64,000 nucleotides of DNA, taken from the NCBI GenBank assembly GCA_965203055.1, contig OZ241863.1, forward strand, positions 608,001-672,000, given 5' to 3'. The position numbers were made by a program, and so were the translations under genes. Source of the DNA: Spirochaetia bacterium. GTDB taxonomy: Bacteria > Spirochaetota > Spirochaetia > SZUA-6 > Bin103. The notes below the pieces were generated by a model. It saw only the letters and a program-made list of their open reading frames with translations. It ran no database searches and had not been told where the DNA came from. This document shows positions 11,835 through 19,336 of this stretch, piece after piece; positions within the stretch are counted from its first letter, which is position 1, and each line of letters begins with the position of its first letter.

Positions 11835-13157
11835 ATGAAGGTCAGCGTAGAGAATCTCGGCGTCCTCAAGAAAGCCGAGTTCGAGGTCGGCGACTTCACC
11901 CTGATCTGCGGTGACAACAACACCGGCAAGACCTACGCCACCTACGCGCTGTACGGATTCCTGTCCGGTTGGCGGCGGTGGCTGTCGGTCGAGATTCCCC
12001 GGCCAACCATCGACGCGCTCCTCAAGAAAGGAATAACGCGTATTGACGTCCGGCCCTTCGTGAAGCAGGCGAACGCTATCCTCAAGGACGGATGTGATTA
12101 CTATAAGAAGTACCTGTCCAACGTGCTCGGCGCGAAAGCGGATCGCTTCAAGGAGACGAGTTTCCGAATATCGGTCGATGATCAAGTATTGCACCCCGTA
12201 GTCAAGGGCGCGTTCGAGAGGAAGAAGAAGGGATCGGAAGGCAACACGATCTTCTCTCTCTCGAAAGAGGCGGGAGACTCCAGCTTGATAGTGTCACTGA
12301 ACAACCCGCAGGATTGGCCTTCCGGTTTGGTTCAAGAGAAGATTTCAGACTCGATGATCGAACTGCTCTTTGCCGATGTTCTTCCTCGACCATTCATGGT
12401 AAGCGCGGAGCGTACCGGAGGCATTGTATTCGATGATGAACTGGATTATCAACCGTACGATATAGCCCTTCATGCTCCGTACCATCCGGCGCCGGTTCAA
12501 GACAACGTAAACTTCATACGACGAGTTACAAGCGCTGTCAAGAGTGATAGCTTTCTTGCTATCGACCACAAAGACATTCTCGACGAATTTGCCGACATCA
12601 TCGGCGGCTGCTTCGGCGTCGACAGTAACGGCATCATCTACTTCGAACCCGCCGGCCGGCGAGTGCGGTTGACCATGGACGAAAGCTCGGGCACGGTGCG
12701 TTCCCTGCTGCTCCTTGGCCTCTACCTGCATCACGAGGCGCGACCGGGCGATCTGTTGATGGTTGACGAGCCCGAGCTGAGCCTGCATCCGAAGAATCAG
12801 CGGCGTATCGCGCGGCTGTTCGCCCGGCTGGTAAACCTGGGTCTGCGCGTGTTCCTGACCACCCACAGCGACTACATTGTCAAGGAGTGGAATACGCTGA
12901 TCATGCTGAATCATGGCATGCAATATCTGGAAAAACTCGCCAAGGAGGAGAGGTACCGCGCTGACGAGCTTCTGGTACCCGATCAGATCAGGGTATACAT
13001 GGCAAAGCAGGCGGCCGTCGAAGGCGGCGGTCCGGACTACCTGCTGGAGCCTGCTTCGATAGACCCTGAACTTGGAATCGAAGCAAAGACCTTCGACGAC
13101 ACCATCAATGAAATGAACCGGATTCAAGACGCTATCGTGTGGGGTCACGATGGATGA
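11835..13157 (+). CDS. ABC-type ATPase (AAA_15/AAA_21, AbiEii/OLD-like), putative defence component
   Basis: Walker A GDNNTGKT, signature-like SSGTVRS, Walker B LMVDEPE..LHP, H-loop TTHS; AT-richer than its flanks. Confidence 0.85.
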   Translation: MKVSVENLGVLKKAEFEVGDFTLICGDNNTGKTYATYALYGFLSGWRRWLSVEIPRPTIDALLKKGITRIDVRPFVKQANAILKDGCDYYKKYLSNVLGAKADRFKETSFRISVDDQVLHPVVKGAFERKKKGSEGNTIFSLSKEAGDSSLIVSLNNPQDWPSGLVQEKISDSMIELLFADVLPRPFMVSAERTGGIVFDDELDYQPYDIALHAPYHPAPVQDNVNFIRRVTSAVKSDSFLAIDHKDILDEFADIIGGCFGVDSNGIIYFEPAGRRVRLTMDESSGTVRSLLLLGLYLHHEARPGDLLMVDEPELSLHPKNQRRIARLFARLVNLGLRVFLTTHSDYIVKEWNTLIMLNHGMQYLEKLAKEERYRADELLVPDQIRVYMAKQAAVEGGGPDYLLEPASIDPELGIEAKTFDDTINEMNRIQDAIVWGHDG

Positions 13158-13710
13158 CTTCGATATACTACGAGAGCTGTTTCGAGAGGAGGCGTTGGCA
13201 TCCGCTGAAGGGAACAGGATCACTCTGGAAGAACGGAGTAATCAGTCATCATATACACTGGATATCACCGGTATTCCGGACGACACTATAGCGTTCAAGG
13301 CGGATATGTTTCCGGATTATAGACATATCTTCAAGAACTCCAGACATGAATGTAGGCGCGCCGACTATGTGATCGTTGCCCGCGACCAAGATAGAGATGA
13401 TGGAAGATGGATAGTCTATGTTGAGATGAAGCGCGGAAGGGGAGTGCTTCACGATATCGAGCTTCAGCTGCGAGGGACCAGGTGCGTGGTAGCATATTGT
13501 CGCGCAATCGGTCAGGAGTTTTGGGGAGAACGGCGATTCCTGCAACACTACACCGAGCGTTTTGTCCGCGTATATGACATCAGGTTAGCCAAACGCAAGA
13601 CGCGTGAATCGCGGTCGGGTGTTCACGACGACCCAACGCGCATTCTGAGTATTCCTGCCCCCAAGGGTCTGCTTCAATTCGATAAGCTGCTCGGCGCTGC
13701 GCACCGATAG
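13150..13710 (+). CDS. Hypothetical protein, PD-(D/E)xK nuclease-like
   Basis: Overlaps the ATPase stop. RADYVIV...VYVEMK...ELQL pattern; low GC. Confidence 0.65.
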   Translation: MDDFDILRELFREEALASAEGNRITLEERSNQSSYTLDITGIPDDTIAFKADMFPDYRHIFKNSRHECRRADYVIVARDQDRDDGRWIVYVEMKRGRGVLHDIELQLRGTRCVVAYCRAIGQEFWGERRFLQHYTERFVRVYDIRLAKRKTRESRSGVHDDPTRILSIPAPKGLLQFDKLLGAAHR

Positions 13711-13791
13711 CGGGTCTGGTCTGACCAGGGCCGGTAAGGGCCGGTCAGCGCGGATTGACGGCGGCGGCCGGGTGCGTTACAAACGGTGGGC

Positions 13792-14673
13792 ATGCAGGTA
13801 GTGACGGATCGTGAGGCGCAGACCTTTCGGGAACGGGGCTGGCTGGCCCTGCCGGGGATGCTCGGCAGCGGCGAGCTGGCGGCGATGCGCTCCGACATGG
13901 AGCGGATTACCCGCGCCGCGCGTCCCGGCGCGGAGGATTTCTTGTTCGGAGCGGGCCACCTGGACGGCTCCGAGGTGCTGCGCCGCATCCAGTACGTAGT
14001 CGACAAGTCGGCGGCGGCGCGCGCCATGCTGGGCCACCCCGGCGTGCTGGCCGCGGTGGAGGCGATCGCGGGACCCGATCTGTTCCCCACGCAGGACGCC
14101 ATGGTGCTGAAGATGCCGGGGCAGGGCATCGCCGTCCCCTGGCATCGGGACCGCTCCAGCACTGACGACTACCCCTCCGAACCGCCGGTGTTCATCGCCG
14201 ACTTCTACCTCGACGCCGCCGACCGGGACACCTGCATCTGGGTGATGCCGGGCAGCCACCGCTGGTCGGACGCGCGCACCCGGGACGAGATCGCGCGCCT
14301 GAACCGTGACGGCTTCTCGACCGAGGGCGCGGAGCCGGTGCTGCTGAACGCCGGCGACGTGCTGTTGCACAACGTGCGGCTGCTGCACGGCTCGCCGCCC
14401 AACGCGTCGCCCAAGCTGCGCCGGGTGGTGTACTACACCTTCCACACCGTGCGCGTCGAATGGGTACACGGCCCGCACACCCGCGAATACATCGCCGCCA
14501 AGCAAAAGGTGCTGCGCGCCTGCATCCGCCAGCGCCGGCGGATGCCCTATGCCGCCGGCGAAACCGCGTTCGAGTACCGCCCGCCGGCGGAACAGGACAA
14601 GGGCCGCCTCGCGGCCGGCGAAGAACCGGCTACCTTCCGCTACCCCGCCGACGCCTATCAATTGGCCGGCTGA
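13792..14673 (+). CDS. Phytanoyl-CoA dioxygenase (PhyH) family protein
   Basis: PWHRD, MPGSH, AGDVLLH...LHGS.PN...R motifs. Confidence 0.9.
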   Translation: MQVVTDREAQTFRERGWLALPGMLGSGELAAMRSDMERITRAARPGAEDFLFGAGHLDGSEVLRRIQYVVDKSAAARAMLGHPGVLAAVEAIAGPDLFPTQDAMVLKMPGQGIAVPWHRDRSSTDDYPSEPPVFIADFYLDAADRDTCIWVMPGSHRWSDARTRDEIARLNRDGFSTEGAEPVLLNAGDVLLHNVRLLHGSPPNASPKLRRVVYYTFHTVRVEWVHGPHTREYIAAKQKVLRACIRQRRRMPYAAGETAFEYRPPAEQDKGRLAAGEEPATFRYPADAYQLAG

Positions 14674-14782
14674 CCCGGCGCGGTCCGGCCCCGCGCCCTC
14701 GCGCAGCTCCCGCGCAACGGCTTTCATTTGCCAGGGGGACTGCGCGAGTCCTATATTCGTTGACCAGGGAGGTGATCCAACC

Positions 14783-15583
14783 GTGCTGCGAATGAAAGGA
14801 AGATTGCTGTTCACGCTGGCAGTCGGCGTCATGCTGGCCATGGCCGCGGCTGCCCACGCCAAGCCGGGGTCCGGTGACGAACGCTCCGACTCCGGGTTTG
14901 GCGGCGGGCCGTTCTGGCCGTTGCGCTACATGCCCGCCGTTGCCGACCTGAACGGCTACTTCAAGGATCTCGGCTCATACCAGGCCATGAGCGAGTTCTT
15001 CATCCCGCTCCTGAACGGCGGCGGCGGCACCGTCCGCTACAGCGTGAACGGGAATTGGCAGTTCGGCATGGAGTGGGCGGGATTCGGCCAGGAGGTCGGC
15101 GGCTTCGCCAAGCACCGGACCGACGGACCGCGGGACACCGTCGACACGGACGGCGACGGCTACGACGACTACCGCAGCTACGCCGGGTACCGCCAGTTCT
15201 ACTGGGCCGGCATCGCGCAGTACAAGTGGGCGCTGGCGCCGAGCCTCTATCTGCAGACCGGGGTCAAGACCGGGCTTGGCTCGGAGACGCTGAACTACGG
15301 CATGAACCGGCGCGAGGTGCTCACGGACGTGATCGGCATCACCTCGGGCGCCAACTCATGGACCCGCACCACCCTGCTCGGCAGCTTCTACGCCGGCCTC
15401 CAGGTCGCCCTGGACGGCGACCGCAACGTCTTCAAGCTGGGCCTGGAGGCGGGGGTGGACGGGCATTACGCCCTGACCGAATGGCAGGCCGCGACCGGCG
15501 TCCACAAGGCAGTGCCGGCGCCGCCGGCAACCATCCAACCGCACAACTTCTGGGTCACGATCGGCCCCCAGTTCCACTACTAG
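14783..15583 (+). CDS. Exported hypothetical protein, probable outer-membrane beta-barrel
   Basis: GGAGGTG RBS before GTG 14783, signal peptide ending AHA, alternating aromatic/Gly strands, C-terminus WVTIGPQFHY. Confidence 0.65.
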   Translation: MLRMKGRLLFTLAVGVMLAMAAAAHAKPGSGDERSDSGFGGGPFWPLRYMPAVADLNGYFKDLGSYQAMSEFFIPLLNGGGGTVRYSVNGNWQFGMEWAGFGQEVGGFAKHRTDGPRDTVDTDGDGYDDYRSYAGYRQFYWAGIAQYKWALAPSLYLQTGVKTGLGSETLNYGMNRREVLTDVIGITSGANSWTRTTLLGSFYAGLQVALDGDRNVFKLGLEAGVDGHYALTEWQAATGVHKAVPAPPATIQPHNFWVTIGPQFHY

Positions 15584-15720
15584 CGCGCCGCCACCCGCCG
15601 GAGCCCGCCGGCGGGGCGCACTTCGACGCCGGCGACAGTCTCGGCAGTAGCATCTGACGGAACGTCCAGCCGCTTGGAAATGTGCAGCCGAGTCACGCCC
15701 GCAGGTGGCATCTTCCGGGC

Positions 15721-17243
15721 GGGCGCACTTCCAATTTGTAGGTAGGCCCAAATAGAGAAGCCCTCCCAGCGACAGGTGATGTAACATCAGGCCGTCACTG
15801 GGAGGGCAACATATGTGTGATTCATTGGTAACCGAGATTCTCAACTACTGCAAGGCCACCTGTGGTCTCGAACTGGGCCGCGCTAGCGGTCCCCACGACC
15901 TGTTGCGGGCAGAACTGAGTCTCCTCAAGTGCTTGGTGCGCCTGTGCCGCGCCGCCATGGTGGAGTGGTTCAAGGAACTGGGCCGCGATTACCGCGGCGC
16001 CACGGTCCAGCGCAACGGGGTGTCGTATCGGTTTGTCGGCCACCGCTCCAAGACCCTGCACGGACTGTTCGGGACGGTACCCTACGAACGGGCCTACTAC
16101 GCCAGCGGTAGCGGCCAGGGCTGGGCGCCGTTGGATGAGCGGCTCGGCATCAAGCGCGGCCATACGCCGGGCTGCCAGTACTTTCTGAGTCAGTTCGTAG
16201 CGCGCCAGGCGCACGCAGAGAGTCTGCGGCAGTTTCACGAGGTGTTCCGCGCCGACGGCGGGGAGCTGGTGTCGGAGAAGAAGGCGTTCACGATGGTGCA
16301 GGAGGTAACGGAGGGGTTGGAACGGCAGCGCCAGCAGGAGGTGGACAACTACCAGCAGACTGCGGCGGGGCCGGAGCTGCACGAGCCGATTGGCGGGACG
16401 GTGGCGGTATGCATCGACGCGGGGAAGGTGCCGGTGCGCGGCAAGGAGCGGGTAGATGATGCCGGGAAGAAGCGCTACGAGCGGGAGTACCGGGACGCCA
16501 AGGTGGCGGTGGTGGCGGCGGTGGAGTGGGACGCTGAGGAGCAGGAGGCGCAGTGCAGCAGCAAGCCGAGCTACGTGGCGGCGAGCGAGCATGCCGACCA
16601 GTTCTTCCCGCGCATCGAAGTGGAGCTGAAACGGCGCTGCGGCGAGGGGGCGGCGCGGCAACTGGTAGTGCTGGCCGACGGGGCGGGATGGATTTGGGAT
16701 CGGGCGGAGACCTGGGCGGCAGGGGGGCTGCGGGTGTGGTACATCCTGGATTTCTGGCACGCCTGCGAGCATCTCGCGGAGGCGAGTCGGAGCGTCTACG
16801 GGGAGAGGAGCAAGCAGGCAGAGGAATGCTTTCGGAGGTGGCGGACGATGCTGCGCGGCAGTCGGGCGGGGGAAGTGATAGAGGAGCTGGAGGAGTTGCG
16901 CGACGGCGGGGGGTTGAGTGCCCGGCAGCGGCACGAGGTGCAGGGGGAGATCAACTACTTGAAGAGCAACCAGGGACGGATGGACTACCGGCGGTACCGG
17001 CGGGAGGGGCTGCCGATCGGCAGTGGGGCGGTGGAGAGTACGTGCAAGAACATGGTGGGGGCGCGGCTGAAGGGGAGCGGGATGATCTGGTCGTTGGGAG
17101 GGGCGCAGGGGATGCTGCAGCTCTGCACCTCGGTGAAGAGCGGGCGGTTCAAAAGGGACTACGCGAGCCTGCTGTCCGCCTCGGTGCCGCAGGAGGCCCA
17201 GCCACAGGCCGCCTGACGCTACCTACGTTTTGGAAGTGCGCCC
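15721..17243 (+). mobile_element. Complete insertion sequence (ISKra4/ISLre2-like, IS256 superfamily), 1523 bp
   Basis: Left IR GGGCGCACTTCCAATTTGTAGGTAG versus right IR (reverse complement) GGGCGCACTTCCAAAACGTAGGTAG (22/25). 8-bp direct repeat TTCCGGGC at 15713-15720 and 17244-17251. Confidence 0.93.
15813..17216 (+). CDS. DDE transposase, ISKra4/UPF0236-like
   Basis: CIDAG, LADGAGWIW, ILDFWHACEHL and GLPIGSGAVESTCK..RLKGSGM.W motifs. Confidence 0.92.
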   Translation: MCDSLVTEILNYCKATCGLELGRASGPHDLLRAELSLLKCLVRLCRAAMVEWFKELGRDYRGATVQRNGVSYRFVGHRSKTLHGLFGTVPYERAYYASGSGQGWAPLDERLGIKRGHTPGCQYFLSQFVARQAHAESLRQFHEVFRADGGELVSEKKAFTMVQEVTEGLERQRQQEVDNYQQTAAGPELHEPIGGTVAVCIDAGKVPVRGKERVDDAGKKRYEREYRDAKVAVVAAVEWDAEEQEAQCSSKPSYVAASEHADQFFPRIEVELKRRCGEGAARQLVVLADGAGWIWDRAETWAAGGLRVWYILDFWHACEHLAEASRSVYGERSKQAEECFRRWRTMLRGSRAGEVIEELEELRDGGGLSARQRHEVQGEINYLKSNQGRMDYRRYRREGLPIGSGAVESTCKNMVGARLKGSGMIWSLGGAQGMLQLCTSVKSGRFKRDYASLLSASVPQEAQPQAA

Positions 17244-17259
17244 TTCCGGGCCGAATAAC

Positions 17260-17288
17260 TTGACTCAAGTAGTTTCCATGAGTATACT
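17260..17288 (+). promoter_or_regulatory. Sigma70-type promoter with an overlapping palindrome
   Basis: TTGACT-17 bp-TATACT. The inverted repeat ACTTGA-C-TCAAGT overlaps the -35. Confidence 0.65.
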
Positions 17289-17289
17289 T

Positions 17290-18055
17290 ATGTCGCCGGC
17301 GGATCGGGTGCGGCCCCTGGGCGGCGGGCGCTGGGAACTCAAGGCGGTGATCGACGATGAGTGCCGGCGCGGCTTGGAGCGGCTCCCAGGGCCTCCTGTC
17401 CTACGTCGATCCGCACCTGACGATGGGGCAGCTCATGGGGCGGCTGGTGCGGGAAGGGCTCGACCGCCACGACCCGGCCCGGCCGCCGCGCGGGCGGCGC
17501 GCCGCGCCGGCCAAAGGAGCCGAGCAGACTTCGGCGCCGAAGACGCAGGCGGCCTCGGCTCGCGGCGCGGACAGCGCCGCTCCTTCGGCGGCGAAGGTAT
17601 CGGCTCAGGCTCAGGCGGCGGCGCAGCCGGGAGACGAAGCCGCTGACCGCCCGGACACTTCGGCAGCGAAGCCGGCGGGCGACGCCACTTCGGCGGCGAA
17701 GACGCGGCGCCTCGGCCGGCCGGCTGCGGCGTGCGCGCAGCCGGCGGCGCCGCCGCGGACCCGGACTTCGGCAGCGAAGACAGGCGGCGTAACCCGCCGC
17801 GCCATCCCGGCGGCGGTCAAGCGCGAGGTGTGGCGGCGCGACCGGGGCCGCTGCCGCTACGTGGACGGCACCAGCGGGCGCCGCTGCGGCTCGCAACACC
17901 TGCTGCAGATCGATCACGTCGTGCCGTATGCCCGCGGCGGCGGCGCCGAGCCGAACAATCTCCGCCTGCTGTGCGTCGCCCATCACCGCTACCGCCACGC
18001 CGGCGCCCGATTCGGGCGCCCCGGTGAGGATCGTGAGGCGCCGGTAGACCGGTGA
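17290..18055 (+). pseudogene. HNH endonuclease pseudogene (frameshifted, N-terminally shortened)
   Basis: PADRVRPLGGGRWELKAVIDDECRRGLERL continues in another frame near 17385 as GLLSYVDP...; C-terminal AIPAAVKREVWRRD..C...C....QIDHVVP..GG..EPNNLRLLC..HH. Confidence 0.8.
17528..17779 (+). repeat. Five dispersed 15-bp palindromic repeats (A/C)CTTCGGCNNCGAAG encoding (T/P)SA(A/P)K
   Basis: Copies at 17528, 17582, 17657, 17687 and 17765. Confidence 0.8.
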
Positions 18056-18121
18056 TCAAGATCGCCCAGAAAACATCATCTTACACTGCGACTTGGGCTT
18101 GGCCGCCAAGCGGTCCGACGT

Positions 18122-18146
18122 TTACCTGCAATTTGGAAATGCGCCC
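18122..18146 (-). mobile_element. Orphan IS terminal inverted repeat related to the 15721-17243 element
   Basis: Reverse complement GGGCGCATTTCCAAATTGCAGGTAA matches the left IR at 21/25. Confidence 0.7.
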
Positions 18147-18160
18147 CCGCGCGGAGGACT

Positions 18161-18189
18161 TTGACATGAGTGGCGCGCGGGGGTAGGTT
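18161..18189 (+). promoter_or_regulatory. Putative sigma70 promoter for the oxidoreductase
   Basis: TTGACA-17 bp-TAGGTT. Confidence 0.55.
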
Positions 18190-18200
18190 CGGGACTTGCC

Positions 18201-19316
18201 ATGCCCAATGAGTCCAATAAGTATCGCCTGATTCAGGTGGGGACCGGCGGCCGCGGGGTGCCGTGGTGCTCCCGTTTCCTGCCGCCGCACGTCGCCTCCG
18301 GCCGGATCGAGGTAGTGGCCGCGGTGGACGTGAACCCGGAGGTTCACGGCAACGCGCAAACTCACCTCGGCCTTCCGCCCGAAAAGTGCTACACCGACCT
18401 GCAGCGCGCCTGCGCCGAGAACCCGGCGGACATCTGCACGGTGGTGACCCCGCCGGCGTTCCACGAATCGGTGGTGGACGCGGCGCTGGCCCACGGCATG
18501 CACGTCATCTCCGAGAAGCCGATTGCCGATACCCTGGAGGCGGCGCTGCGGATCGCCGCCAAGGTGGAGCGCGCCGGCAAGAAGATGGGCGTGACCATGA
18601 GCCATCGCTTCGATCAGGACAAGACCACCCTGCGCCGCGAGTTGCGATCCGGCCGCCCCGGCCGGATCGACTACCTGGTGTGCCGCTTCACCTGCGGCCT
18701 GCGCAACTTCGGCGACTGGGGCGCCCGCTTCCGGCACACCATGGACGAGACGCTGATGATCGAAGGATCGGTGCATCACCTCGACATCATCGCCGATCTG
18801 GCCGGCGCCAAGTGCGATACCCTCTACGCGCAGACCTGGAATCCGCCGTGGGGCGAGTACGCGAGCGGATCGCAGGGGCACGTGATGATGACCTTCGAGA
18901 ACGGCGTGCGCGCCATCTACGAGGGAGCCAAGACCAATGCCTGCGGATTCAACGGCTGGGCTCAGGAGTATATCCGCGCGGAGTGCGAACGCGAGACGCT
19001 GATCATGGATCACCGCCGGGTCGAACGGTTTCTGTATGCTCCGAAGTACTACGCCCGGGAAGGACAGGGGGAAGAGGTGCCGCTGCTGCGGCAGCGCTAC
19101 TGGACCGATGCCTGGCTGCTGGAGCAGTTTCTGGATTGGCTCGACGGCGGCCCGCCGATGGCGACCAACGTCGCAGCCAATCTCCAGTCGGTGGCGTTGA
19201 TCTTCTCCGCCATCGAGAGCAGCCGTACCGGCCGCCCGGTGAGGGTGCAGGAGTTCCTGCAGGCCGCCCGCGAGCGCGCGCAACCGTCACCCGCCGCGAG
19301 CGCCGCCGGCAGTTAG
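18201..19316 (+). CDS. Gfo/Idh/MocA family oxidoreductase
   Basis: LIQVGTGGRG, VVTPPAFH, HVISEKPIA and GSVHHLD motifs. Confidence 0.92.
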   Translation: MPNESNKYRLIQVGTGGRGVPWCSRFLPPHVASGRIEVVAAVDVNPEVHGNAQTHLGLPPEKCYTDLQRACAENPADICTVVTPPAFHESVVDAALAHGMHVISEKPIADTLEAALRIAAKVERAGKKMGVTMSHRFDQDKTTLRRELRSGRPGRIDYLVCRFTCGLRNFGDWGARFRHTMDETLMIEGSVHHLDIIADLAGAKCDTLYAQTWNPPWGEYASGSQGHVMMTFENGVRAIYEGAKTNACGFNGWAQEYIRAECERETLIMDHRRVERFLYAPKYYAREGQGEEVPLLRQRYWTDAWLLEQFLDWLDGGPPMATNVAANLQSVALIFSAIESSRTGRPVRVQEFLQAARERAQPSPAASAAGS

Positions 19317-19336
19317 TCCGGGTCAGGCGGGGCAGG

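Noticed and set aside
17528..17779. Possible CRISPR mini-array
   Set aside because: Repeats are only 15 bp, spacer lengths are irregular (15-63 nt) and in frame within a CDS, and there are no cas genes
15605..18155. Target-site duplication around the putative outer element
   Set aside because: The flanks (CGCCGGCG versus CCGCGCGG) do not match exactly, so the outer element is not called as a feature
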